From the NCBI GenBank assembly GCA_050950825.1, contig JBMNIH010000003.1, positions 32,001-96,000 on the forward strand: a DNA stretch of 64,000 bases. The letters are read 5' to 3'. The position numbers and the translations under genes were made by a program. The stretch's first letter is position 1. Each line of letters opens with the position of its first letter. This stretch comes from Clostridia bacterium. Its GTDB lineage: Bacteria; Bacillota; Clostridia; JAAYHZ01. Below are positions 19,139 to 28,901 of the stretch, in pieces. The notes under the pieces are model-generated. The model was not told where the DNA came from. It did not search any database and saw nothing but the letters and a program-made list of their open reading frames with translations.

Positions 19139-19930
19139 TTATACCCATTTTCTATATTCCGCTTCTTTATCCTTTTCTTTTTCTTTTTTCTTATCTTCCT
19201 TGAGCTTTTGCTTGCTTGCGATTTTATTATTGATCCTTTTGTAACCGTTGCCAAGGGTCGATTTCACATCCTTTAAAAGAATCCTCTTGATTCCTTCATT
19301 AATATCCGCATACCCATGCTCGCTATAACTAATCTGCAACGTTTCATTTTTTGTCGTTATGCTCACACGGTTGGATTCCACGAAAACCGTAAGATCGGGA
19401 TCCGTTTCTTTTGCCTCTTTTACTTTCTCTAAGATAAGTAATCGCAACGGATTCTTATTCAGCTTGATTCTTGCTCGAATAAAGAGTATAAGACCGATGA
19501 TTACGGTGGGACCTACGGTCATTCCTCCGATTATGACGGGACCGAATAATACGGAATACCAAATCGTACTGCCTTTAACCCCATGGTACATGCTCGGAAA
19601 TGCAATAAGGGTAACAATCATGTACAGAAAAAACAATACACCTGCAATGGCACAAACGGCACCGAGTCTCTGCAGAAATGTTGATATTTTTTTTAGAACC
19701 CATCCCACAATTTCGGAAACGAAGACAATTAATATGACAACGATGGCTTCTTGGGGTTTGCCTTCCGTAAACAACATCGGCCACCCGGCAACAGCGCTGA
19801 AAGCAAATAAAGCGATAAAAATAAACGCCATGAATATTACAAAAAGATATGTACCGCATCCGTCCCCATAATAGGGTCGAACTTCAAAATCCCATCTGCC
19901 CGTAGAACCTTCTATCCAACCTTTTAGCAT
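19139..19930 (-). CDS. Hypothetical membrane protein (about 4 TM helices plus a basic C-terminal domain)
   Basis: Hydrophobic segments. Start ATG 19930 with GGGAG upstream (ORF extends to 19984). Confidence 0.6.
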   Translation of the reverse strand: MLKGWIEGSTGRWDFEVRPYYGDGCGTYLFVIFMAFIFIALFAFSAVAGWPMLFTEGKPQEAIVVILIVFVSEIVGWVLKKISTFLQRLGAVCAIAGVLFFLYMIVTLIAFPSMYHGVKGSTIWYSVLFGPVIIGGMTVGPTVIIGLILFIRARIKLNKNPLRLLILEKVKEAKETDPDLTVFVESNRVSITTKNETLQISYSEHGYADINEGIKRILLKDVKSTLGNGYKRINNKIASKQKLKEDKKKEKEKDKEAEYRKWV

Positions 19931-20057
19931 AAGTTCAACTCCCTGCAAGCATAATATGGATACAAAATCCACATCTTCACCCATTATATCCGAACAAGAT
20001 AATTTATGTCTATCATTTGCTTATAAAAGTCATAACCGTTGAACAGAGAAGGTTTAC

Positions 20058-20104
20058 ATGACAAAAAGCTCCTTCCGATATTTTTCGAAGGAGCTTTTTG
20101 TCAT
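20058..20104. terminator. Intrinsic terminator downstream of the BNR gene
   Basis: 18-bp perfect inverted repeat with A/T tracts on both sides. Confidence 0.8.
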
Positions 20105-20126
20105 CATTCTTTACAACAGAAAACTC

Positions 20127-21200
20127 TTACGTATACAGCTCGGAAAGAGGGACTCTTTTTACTCGTAAGCCTAACCCTCCTCCTTCGTACCCTCCGATGA
20201 CACTATAGCCTAACAGCACCGCATCGTCCGTAAAGTGAATGGCCGTATAGCAGTAGCCGCAATGCTCGTCGTCATCGATCGTAAATAGCTTTTGCGGCCT
20301 TAGGTCGTTGTCCTTAAAGACGGTGCAGACCAAGGGTGTTCTGCCCCATCCTTTTGAAGTGACCCTTCCGTTGTATGCAGGGATGGGATTGTAAACGGCC
20401 AGCAAATCACGATCTTTGATGCGTTTTACCGACATAGGCGATAAGGGACTTGTAAACAAGGAGGGAACCGGAACAGTCCAAGTTCTGCCGTTATCATAGG
20501 AAAAGCATTGGTACTGGCATCCGCAGTCGGTTCGCGTCCACTGCCACAGACAGTTTTCATAAAGCTCGATCACTCCCGGTTCTTGAAGACCGCTTTTCGA
20601 ACCCGGTACGGATATGTAAGCGTAGTTATCCGATTCCTTCCACGTATAGCCGTCGTCGTCGGAATAGAAGATTACCGGGATTCCACGACCGTCAAATGAG
20701 TTCCACTTGCGGGTGTCGTTGCCCCTCATACGATGGTAAGCCGTAGGCAGGATGATTCTGCCGTTTTTCAACACCGTCACCCGGTCGTTGTTCAAAACAT
20801 AATAGCCGGGTCCGTAAACGCAACATACGGGGCTTTCCCACGTTTTACAGAGGTCCTTCGAACGGAATAAATGGGCGCGGGTATCATGCCACCCGTAGCG
20901 AAGAACAAAGAACAGTCCTACGTCTCCTCCCGGCAAATGGACCAAAGAAACGCTCATGATATTCACGGCGTTAAAATCGTCGGGAGAAAACACAATTTTA
21001 TCGTCGCTCCATGTCCATCCCCCGTCATGAGATTCTCTTAACGCGATGTAAGCTTTTGCATCGTCGTTGTCGGTTTCGCCCAAAAACCTGGAATACATAA
21101 AGATGATTCTGCCGTCCTCTAAAGTCAGAAAAGCTCCTTCGCTGTTCCTGGGGTTTTCTTTGGACGGCGCAATTTCCATGACGATTTTCCCTATTGCCAT
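20127..21200 (-). CDS. BNR/Asp-box sialidase-like (GH33-fold) protein, cytoplasmic
   Basis: Asp boxes SHDGGWTW, SKDLCKTW, SDDDGYTW, SYDNGRTW; LQEP; RTPL; YCY. Confidence 0.85.
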   Translation of the reverse strand: MAIGKIVMEIAPSKENPRNSEGAFLTLEDGRIIFMYSRFLGETDNDDAKAYIALRESHDGGWTWSDDKIVFSPDDFNAVNIMSVSLVHLPGGDVGLFFVLRYGWHDTRAHLFRSKDLCKTWESPVCCVYGPGYYVLNNDRVTVLKNGRIILPTAYHRMRGNDTRKWNSFDGRGIPVIFYSDDDGYTWKESDNYAYISVPGSKSGLQEPGVIELYENCLWQWTRTDCGCQYQCFSYDNGRTWTVPVPSLFTSPLSPMSVKRIKDRDLLAVYNPIPAYNGRVTSKGWGRTPLVCTVFKDNDLRPQKLFTIDDDEHCGYCYTAIHFTDDAVLLGYSVIGGYEGGGLGLRVKRVPLSELYT

Positions 21201-21298
21201 AATACAGCCCTCCCGTCTTGAAAAATTTAAATCCGTACGGTAACCAAACCTTTATTGGAAGATTCCTCTTAAAAACAATGTACTATACTATCGCCTTG

Positions 21299-21341
21299 GG
21301 AGCAACCTATCGCAGTAATTCTTTTTGCGATAGGTTGCTCC
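21299..21341. promoter_or_regulatory. Strong stem-loop after SBP paralog 2 (terminator or mRNA stabiliser)
   Basis: 16-bp perfect stem GGAGCAACCTATCGCA/TGCGATAGGTTGCTCC with no U-tract in the minus (transcribed) direction. Confidence 0.65.
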
Positions 21342-21386
21342 TAAGATGCTCAAACAAAAGCTTGCATTCGAAATCTTGTAAAGGAT

Positions 21387-23186
21387 CTACCTTAAGTTTT
21401 TGTAATATTGATATGTTTTGACGTTATCGTCATTCCAAAATTCCACCCATTGGTCCAGGCCGTTTGCATAAAGCTGCTCGATATACAAAACCCATTCCGC
21501 ATTAAGGTCGGCAATCTGCCCCTCGTTTACTTTCTTCAAAAAGTCATTTCGTACATTTGTGATTTGATCGTTTGTTTCGTTTTGAATTTCTTTGAAACGG
21601 TCGAACTGCTCTTTCGTCATCGTCGCTTCGCTATAGAACTTGTCGGGTCGAATCCACAAATGATCGTTGAAATATCCGCCGTGATTTTCCCAATAGTCCA
21701 CCCATTGCATAAGGAACGCATCGTATTCGAAATATACGGTAATATCTTTGATGAAGTTTAAATTACCGAACTGTCCGAATATATTCGTACCGGTTCCCGC
21801 GTATTTGGCCGGGATTTTCTCCGGATCCGTCTTTATAATCGGGCTTTTGAAGGGTTCGCCGTACCATTTGTAATGAATATTCTCAATACCGAATTTATAC
21901 CGCATCCAATTTTCACCGAAGTAGGCATGCTCAAGGAGCCGGAATAAACGTATCAGTTTTTCGTCGGTTATATTACCGACGGTATAGTGCTGATCTCCGA
22001 TCCAACTGAAAAGAGAATACGGTACATACTTTCCGTATTCACCCGGGGCATGGGTGATAACAAAGGTGGCATCCGAATCCACGTTAAGCAAAATGGAAGC
22101 CGGCGGGAAATTGTCTCCGTCTCCGCCGTAGCCCAAGCCTAAAATACGAGGGGATCCTCGAGCCCTCATAAAACCGGTTTTACCGGTTCCCCAAATTTCT
22201 TGCTCGGGAACGCCGGGATTGCTTCTCATGTAGCCTTTTTGCGTAATATCCATGGAGAATTGCAAAGAATCTCTGTAAAGGGTATATGCAAAGAAGGGAA
22301 CATAATCGCCCGTTTCGGGGTCTTTGTAGAAATGGCTAGTGTTTGCGGAAAAACCGAACATCCACGTAACGTCAATGGCGTTGGTAGCGTAGGTATCATC
22401 CACGCCGTTGCCGTCCGGATCGTCTTCCGTAAAGGCTCGGAATATTTCCATTACATCGGCAATCGGGAATTTTGTCGTGGAAAAATACAGCTTGTTATTA
22501 AACAATTCCGGCCTTATGACGCTTTCCATGGGAACCAAGTCCTCGAGCTCGTATCCGATGTTTTCCAACCAATCCAACCGCCATAAGGCTACGTTAAAGG
22601 TATGATAAGCCAAAGGAGTATACAAGGCCAGTCCGTAATACTCGTCCTCTTTATCTTCCACCTTAAGAAAGCTTAAGCCTAAAGGGTCGTCCACCATTAA
22701 TTGATAGTAGCTCGGATAATACTGTTGTAACAACCGGAGGGGTATGGTTCTACCCATTCCGTTTTCCAGCAGATAACGGCCCGAAATCCGGTAATTCCCG
22801 TAGTCGGGAACATCTCCTGCCGCCAACATCATGCGAACTTGTTCCGCGTTAATAGGGTCGATGTTCCACATTTTCAAATCCACATTAAACAGCTCTTCCA
22901 ACTCCAGTTCGTCCCAGCGCCCTTCTTCGTACAAGTGCGACGTATAGTCCCCAACCAACCAAGTAATGGTCATTCTTTCGGCAAAGGGGTTTTCCACCTC
23001 GGTTGTCGCCGTCGTCACGGTTTCCTGTTTGGCGGTTGTCGTCACCTCTGCCTTTGTTGTCAGAGATGTTTGTGCTTGGGTCGTTGTCGTTGCATCCTGA
23101 TGTCCTTGGTCTTCCGATTGCGTACATGCCGTTATAAGGAACAACAGCACAACAATCATCCATAGAGCGAATAACCTTTTCACCAT
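21387..23186 (-). CDS. Lipoprotein solute-binding protein, paralog 2
   Basis: Lipobox ITAC, Thr-rich linker, ENPF, YEEGRWDELELEE, RLDWLENIG, AFTEDDPDGNGVDDTY. RBS GAGGAGG. Confidence 0.87.
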   Translation of the reverse strand: MVKRLFALWMIVVLLFLITACTQSEDQGHQDATTTTQAQTSLTTKAEVTTTAKQETVTTATTEVENPFAERMTITWLVGDYTSHLYEEGRWDELELEELFNVDLKMWNIDPINAEQVRMMLAAGDVPDYGNYRISGRYLLENGMGRTIPLRLLQQYYPSYYQLMVDDPLGLSFLKVEDKEDEYYGLALYTPLAYHTFNVALWRLDWLENIGYELEDLVPMESVIRPELFNNKLYFSTTKFPIADVMEIFRAFTEDDPDGNGVDDTYATNAIDVTWMFGFSANTSHFYKDPETGDYVPFFAYTLYRDSLQFSMDITQKGYMRSNPGVPEQEIWGTGKTGFMRARGSPRILGLGYGGDGDNFPPASILLNVDSDATFVITHAPGEYGKYVPYSLFSWIGDQHYTVGNITDEKLIRLFRLLEHAYFGENWMRYKFGIENIHYKWYGEPFKSPIIKTDPEKIPAKYAGTGTNIFGQFGNLNFIKDITVYFEYDAFLMQWVDYWENHGGYFNDHLWIRPDKFYSEATMTKEQFDRFKEIQNETNDQITNVRNDFLKKVNEGQIADLNAEWVLYIEQLYANGLDQWVEFWNDDNVKTYQYYKNLR

Positions 23187-23790
23187 CACATAGCCCTCCT
23201 CGTCAATTTTAAATAAGTTTGAAAGCATAAGTTTTAGACCCTATTGCATTTCAAACAATTAATCCGGTTTAGCTGATGTTACGGCTTTTGTATTCTTCGG
23301 AATCTTTCGTTGGATCTATATACACTCTAAAGGTTCATGTCTTTTGCTTTATTCATTTTAAAAACAACAAGATAAGGAAAACGGTTAAACGGTTTTTACC
23401 CCGTATACTGCCATATCAAAATCGATTCCGTAATCGGACCGGCATATGCCGTAAAGCTAACATAGACAAAATAGGTCTATCATGAAAAAGACGGCTGCAC
23501 CGCAAATACCAAAACATGAAATGATAAAACCAAAGAGTTTTATTCAATTCGTCACTCGATCTTACTTAACCCATAATTTACATAATATATTATATAATAC
23601 AGAAGTTATTTATTCAACGGATTAGGTAATAAATCCAATTTAAGTAAATTAGTAAATTGTAGATTTAAGAATGACAAAAAGCGTGCAAATATTAACATAT
23701 TTCTTATACCCAACCGCTATAAGACATAAAAATAGTGCTATACTGTTCCTGTAGGTTAACACCAAATTTAAAACGAAGGGATGATACTGA

Positions 23791-26415
23791 ATGAAAAGAC
23801 TGTTTGTCATGATTGTTACTTTCGCTTTTCTTCTGTCCATCTTAGTACCGACAAGCGTTTCCGCGAAAGAACCTTTCACGTCCATTAACGTGCCGAAAGC
23901 CAATACGGCACCGGTTATCGACGGGAAGGTTTCCGACGGAGAATACAAATTGGTAGCCTCCTATGATAAGGACGATCCTGCTTGGAATCGCGATACCTTC
24001 GGTATCGACGGCAAGGATGTCCGTATGGATGTATATGCTACCTGGGACGAAGAATACTTCTATTTCGCCGTTATCGTGACAAACCTGGATCCAAACTATA
24101 CTCCGGGTCCCAACAAATACGTTTTTGAACAGCCGAGCCTTATGACCGGCATGCTTTATGACGACCCTACCCTTGCCAAGTTTGCCGAGCCTTCCGGTAA
24201 AGAAAACTGGGATTGGGGCGATGCCGCCGCCCAATCCTTTGCAAGAGAATGGACCGTAGGAACAACCAAAGAAGGTACGGATTTCATGAACGCATCCGGC
24301 TACAGCGGCGTCAACCACTTCGGAGCCGTAAGAAGCCATGCGGACTTCAAGGCTTCGGTAACCCACGGCGATGTAGATATCTATGAACAAGCCGTTCCTT
24401 GGGCGGCCATCGGAAAAACCGAAGGCATTGAAGTCGGCGGGAAAGCCGGTCTTGCCTTGTCCGCCTGCGTCTTATCGTCTACCTTGGATTTTGACGGCGG
24501 TTACATATGCTTTGCATCCGGTCTCAACGGAGGCAAAAGCTTTGAACGCTACGCACTCGTCAATTTGACCGCCAATGAGCCTTTCGACAACGTCAATCAA
24601 GAAACTTCCACATCATCGGCAAAAGAACCTTTCGCATCCATCAACGTACCGAAAGCCAAAACAGCGCCTGTAATCGACGGGATAATTTCCGACGAGGAAT
24701 ACAAGCGCGTGGCATCCTATGACAAGAACGACCCTGTTTGGAATCGAGACACTTATGGAGTCGAAGATTTGGATGTCAACATGGATATTTACGCAACATG
24801 GGACGAAGAATATTTTTATCTTGCCGTCGCCGTAACCAACCTGGATCCCGATTACACGCCGGGTCCCAACAAATATGTTTTCGAACAGCCGAGCCTTATG
24901 ACCGCCATGATCTACGACGATCCTACCCTGCCGCAGTTCGCCGAACCCTCCGGCAATGAAAGCTGGGATTGGGGTGCCGCCTATTCCCAACCCTTTGCAA
25001 AAGAGTGGACCGTAGGAACAACCAAAGACGGTACGGACTTTATGAATGCAGCCGGGTACAGCGGCGTAAACCATTTCGGTGCCGTACGAAGCCATGCGAA
25101 CTTTAAAGTATCCGTCTCCCACGGTAACGTCGATATCTATGAGCAAGCCATTCCTTGGGAAGCCATCGGAAAAACCGAAGGTATTGAAATCGGAGGAAAA
25201 GCCGGGCTAGCCTTAACCGCCCATGTACTATCCGCTACCGCCGATTCCGACGGCGCTTTCATCTGCTTTGCATCCGGCATCGAAGGAGGCAAAAGCTTTG
25301 AACGTTATGCTCTCGTCAATTTAACCGCCAACGAGCCTTTTGACAAAGCGGATCTTCAAGTTTTCAACCCGTCCGTAAAAGAACCTTTTACGTCCATCAA
25401 CGTACCGAAAGCCAAAACGGCCCCCGTTATTGACGGTAAAATTTCGGACGAAGAATACAAACGGGTAGCCGTCTATGATAAGGACGATCCCGCTTGGAAT
25501 CGAGACACCTTCGGAATCGATGAGGATGAGGTCAAGATGGAGGTTTTTGCAACTTGGGACGAAGAATATTTCTATCTTGCCGTCATTGTATCAAACTTGG
25601 AGCCCAATTATACGCCGGGTCCGAACACGTATGTTTTCGAACAACCGAGCCTTATGACCGGCATGCTTTTCGACGATCCTACCCTGCCTCAATTTGCCGA
25701 ACCCTCCGGCAATGATAGCTGGGATTGGAATGCCGCCTATTCCCAACCCTTTGCCCGAGAATGGACGGTAGGTACCACGAAGGACGGTATCGACTTTATG
25801 AAGGCCGCAGGCTACAGCAGCGTAAACCATTTCGGTGCCGTAAGAAGCGATCCTAACTTCAAAGTAGCGGTAACCCACGGCGATGCCGATATTTATGAAC
25901 AGGCTATCCCTTGGTCGGCTATCGGCAAAACCGAAGGAATCGAAATCGGCGGTAAAGCCGCTCTTGCCCTGTCCGCATGCGTGAAATCGGCTACCTTTAA
26001 AACCGACGGCGGCTATGTCTGCTTTGCATCCGGTATCAACGGCGGTAAAAGCTTTGAACGTTATGCCCGGGTGAACTTAACCGCCAACGAGCCTTTTGAC
26101 AAGGTTAATCTTGATGAATACAAGAAAGAAGAACCGGTGCCTGCGGAAACCACCCAAACCGTAACAACGAAGGAAGAAACCACAAAGGCGGAAACAACAA
26201 CCAAGGAGGAAACCACGACGAAGGCCGAGACCACAACGAAGGCGGAAACGACAACCAAAGCCGAAACCACCGACGGAAGCGCCGATAAAATCGATGACGG
26301 TGCACAAGGAACAGGCAATCGAGTTGTATTCTTCATTATCGCTCCTTTGTTGGTGATTATCGTGTTCGTTGCCGTGTACTTGATAAATAAAAAGCAGGCT
26401 AAAAATCCGAAATAA
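23791..26415 (+). CDS. Secreted, C-terminally membrane-anchored protein with three tandem CBM9/DOMON-like domains
   Basis: Signal peptide; each repeat has APVIDG..SD.EY and YATWDEEYFY.AV; Thr/Glu linker; TM helix and basic tail. Confidence 0.75.
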   Translation: MKRLFVMIVTFAFLLSILVPTSVSAKEPFTSINVPKANTAPVIDGKVSDGEYKLVASYDKDDPAWNRDTFGIDGKDVRMDVYATWDEEYFYFAVIVTNLDPNYTPGPNKYVFEQPSLMTGMLYDDPTLAKFAEPSGKENWDWGDAAAQSFAREWTVGTTKEGTDFMNASGYSGVNHFGAVRSHADFKASVTHGDVDIYEQAVPWAAIGKTEGIEVGGKAGLALSACVLSSTLDFDGGYICFASGLNGGKSFERYALVNLTANEPFDNVNQETSTSSAKEPFASINVPKAKTAPVIDGIISDEEYKRVASYDKNDPVWNRDTYGVEDLDVNMDIYATWDEEYFYLAVAVTNLDPDYTPGPNKYVFEQPSLMTAMIYDDPTLPQFAEPSGNESWDWGAAYSQPFAKEWTVGTTKDGTDFMNAAGYSGVNHFGAVRSHANFKVSVSHGNVDIYEQAIPWEAIGKTEGIEIGGKAGLALTAHVLSATADSDGAFICFASGIEGGKSFERYALVNLTANEPFDKADLQVFNPSVKEPFTSINVPKAKTAPVIDGKISDEEYKRVAVYDKDDPAWNRDTFGIDEDEVKMEVFATWDEEYFYLAVIVSNLEPNYTPGPNTYVFEQPSLMTGMLFDDPTLPQFAEPSGNDSWDWNAAYSQPFAREWTVGTTKDGIDFMKAAGYSSVNHFGAVRSDPNFKVAVTHGDADIYEQAIPWSAIGKTEGIEIGGKAALALSACVKSATFKTDGGYVCFASGINGGKSFERYARVNLTANEPFDKVNLDEYKKEEPVPAETTQTVTTKEETTKAETTTKEETTTKAETTTKAETTTKAETTDGSADKIDDGAQGTGNRVVFFIIAPLLVIIVFVAVYLINKKQAKNPK
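23866..26110 (+). repeat. Three tandem 756-bp (252-aa) intragenic repeats
   Basis: KEPF codons begin at 23866, 24622 and 25378. Confidence 0.95.
26161..26271 (+). repeat. Degenerate 18-bp tandem repeat encoding an (ETTTKA)n linker
   Basis: ETTKA-ETTTKE-ETTTKA-ETTTKA-ETTTKA-ETT. Confidence 0.85.
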
Positions 26416-26470
26416 AGATTCGAAAGAAAGCTTGTAAAAAACTTTAAATGAATTTAAATGAATAAGAAAT

Positions 26471-26512
26471 AAGGACTGTAAAATCCGGTTCGCCGGATTT
26501 TACAGTCCTTTT
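26471..26512. terminator. Terminator between convergent genes
   Basis: 18-bp stem with a TTCG loop and T tract. Confidence 0.85.
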
Positions 26513-26544
26513 CATATAACTATTCTCTTCATATAACTATTCTC
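26511..26544. repeat. 17-bp perfect tandem duplication
   Basis: TTCATATAACTATTCTC twice. Confidence 0.9.
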
Positions 26545-26556
26545 GTTTTTCTTATG

Positions 26557-28836
26557 CTACTTTACAATATACGTTCTTCCCGCTTCTACCGGGAAAATTA
26601 ACAGCTCTTTCTCGATTCGGTACGGGATAAGGTTCTCGTCTTCGTCAAACACCTTATAAGATTTCCCTTTTAACAAGATTTTGCACTCCCCGTCCTTTTG
26701 CGCTTGTATAACCGCCTGTTTCAATACGCCTTTTTCCCATTCCATATTGACAAGAAATCCTCCCTGTCCCCTTAAGCCCTTAATCCTTCCATCGGGCCAG
26801 CATTCGGGAAGAGCGGGCAGAAAGTCCATTTCCCCGTGGTAGCTTTGAAAAAGCATCTCCAATATGGCGGCGGTTCCGCCTAGGTTGCCGTCAATTTGAA
26901 AGATTCTCGGAGGATGAAGGTCCAAAAGGCTGTCCGTTGCAAAGTCCTTGATCAATGCCTTCATGTGCTCCCAGGCTTCCTCCTTTTGTCCTAACCGAGC
27001 AAAGAAGCATGCCGTCCATGCACGGCTCCATCCGGTATGGCCTCCCCCCGCTTGAAGCCGTAATTCCAAGGATTTTTTTGCGGCTTCATAAAGCTTCGGA
27101 GTCTTATGTTTTGTTATGAGATCCCCGGGATACAAGCCGTAAAGATGGGACATATGACGGTGTCCGGGCTCCGCCTCGGGAAATTCCTGGTTCCATTCCA
27201 AAAGCTGCCCCTTGCTCCCGATTTGAAGCTTGGGAAGACGGTTCAGCATCTCTTGCCATCTCGCTCTTTTCTCCATGTCAACGTTCAGTATTTCCGCCGC
27301 TTCTATGCAATGTGTAAAGACTTCGGTTATGATCTGAATATCCATTGCGGAAGATACGCATAAGGTAACCGGCAAAGGACCTCCGCCGACAAATCGGTTT
27401 TCCGGCGATTGGGAAGGTACGACTTGAAGGATACCGTTTTCGTCTTCGATCAAATAGGATTCGTAAAAGGCGGCCGTTTCTTTTAGGAAAGGATACGCTC
27501 TGTTCTTTAAGAAATCAAGATCTTGGCCGTATTCATAATGCCGCCACATATGCTGCGCCAGCCAACCGGCGGCTCCGATCCAAACCGACCAGCCGTAAGA
27601 TTCCGGAGTGGACCTTCCCCAAGGATCCGTCTGCAGCGGAAAGTAGATGCCTTCGCATCCGTAAAGATCGTATGCCGCTTTTTTTGCATGAGGCACAAAA
27701 CGCTCCATGTAAGAAAAGAGTGCGTTCGCAGTCTCCGAAAGATTCCCCGCCTCCGCAGGCCAATAGCACATTTGAAGGTTTACGTCATTATGATAGTCGC
27801 ACTGCCAAGGCGGGTTTAAATCCTCGTTCCATTTTCCCTGCAGGTTAGGAGGAAGCTCCCCTAATACCGTCGACGAAAGAAGAAGGTATCTTCCGTAATT
27901 GAAATACAGCAAGGGCAATCCGGGATCCTCCGCACCTTGCCTGAAATCTTTTAATCGTTCATCCGTAGGAAGATTCTTTTCTTCAACGGAAAGGTCCAAA
28001 GAAAGCTTTCCGTAAATCCTTCGGTATTCTTGCACATGCCGATTCTTCAGCTCTCCCCAACCCAAGTTAGGTATCGGCCTTTTTTTACACTCGATTTCCG
28101 GTTTTTCTCCTTTTACCGATGTGCCGATATTGATAAATACGACAATCTCCTCTGCGTTTTCCACAACAAGAGTAATGTCTTCCTCAGCTTTAATATCACC
28201 GCCGTTTACGAAAAGGGTTGCTTCAACGCAAAACTCAATTCCTTCGACAAATCTTCCCTTCATAAAAATTGTGTTTTTGCAAAGCGTTTTTTCTAACGTG
28301 CAGTCCTTGTCCTCAACGCGGTCAAGCCAAAATCTGCCGCTTACCAATCCGCCCTCCCCTTTGATTCGGGTTACGATAAAATCTTCCGTAAAATGAGCAA
28401 GCGTCTCCCTTATTATCCTCATTCCGTCCGTTTCATAGGAAACGGTAACAACGGCGGTATCCAAATCCAACTCCCTTTTGTAGTTTTCCACCGCGCCGTG
28501 GCGGAGACAAAAATGAAAATCTCCGGCAGGCTGGTACGGGTCTACCCTGTTTTTCTCGCCGCTTACGCCGCCTTTCCCGCCAAAGGCGCGGTTGGCCAAG
28601 AGGGTTCCTTCCTCGTACTTTCCGTTTAATAAAAGCTCTCGCACCTTCGGAAGACGGTGAAACTGTGTTTCATTGTCCTTGTATCGATGGTTTCCCCGCC
28701 AAAGCCATTCATGGTTAAGAGCGATTCTTTCGGTATACGGATCGCCTATGACCATGCCCGCCAACCGTCCGTTACCGACGGGAAGACCTTCTTTCCATTC
28801 CTTTGCAGGACTTTTGTACCATAGCTTTCGGTTCAA
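26557..28836 (-). CDS. GH95 alpha-L-fucosidase/galactosidase
   Basis: LWYKSPA.EW.EGLPVGNGRL, YFNYGRYLL, NLQGKWN, SPEN, HRHMSHLYGLYPG, TGWSRAW, FQIDGNLG. TTG start, no signal peptide. Confidence 0.93.
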   Translation of the reverse strand: MNRKLWYKSPAKEWKEGLPVGNGRLAGMVIGDPYTERIALNHEWLWRGNHRYKDNETQFHRLPKVRELLLNGKYEEGTLLANRAFGGKGGVSGEKNRVDPYQPAGDFHFCLRHGAVENYKRELDLDTAVVTVSYETDGMRIIRETLAHFTEDFIVTRIKGEGGLVSGRFWLDRVEDKDCTLEKTLCKNTIFMKGRFVEGIEFCVEATLFVNGGDIKAEEDITLVVENAEEIVVFINIGTSVKGEKPEIECKKRPIPNLGWGELKNRHVQEYRRIYGKLSLDLSVEEKNLPTDERLKDFRQGAEDPGLPLLYFNYGRYLLLSSTVLGELPPNLQGKWNEDLNPPWQCDYHNDVNLQMCYWPAEAGNLSETANALFSYMERFVPHAKKAAYDLYGCEGIYFPLQTDPWGRSTPESYGWSVWIGAAGWLAQHMWRHYEYGQDLDFLKNRAYPFLKETAAFYESYLIEDENGILQVVPSQSPENRFVGGGPLPVTLCVSSAMDIQIITEVFTHCIEAAEILNVDMEKRARWQEMLNRLPKLQIGSKGQLLEWNQEFPEAEPGHRHMSHLYGLYPGDLITKHKTPKLYEAAKKSLELRLQAGGGHTGWSRAWTACFFARLGQKEEAWEHMKALIKDFATDSLLDLHPPRIFQIDGNLGGTAAILEMLFQSYHGEMDFLPALPECWPDGRIKGLRGQGGFLVNMEWEKGVLKQAVIQAQKDGECKILLKGKSYKVFDEDENLIPYRIEKELLIFPVEAGRTYIVK

Positions 28837-28901
28837 TGTATATCACCCGTACTTCAATATATTCTAGTTCCTTTATACCACATTTTTTGGATGAAAACCC
28901 T

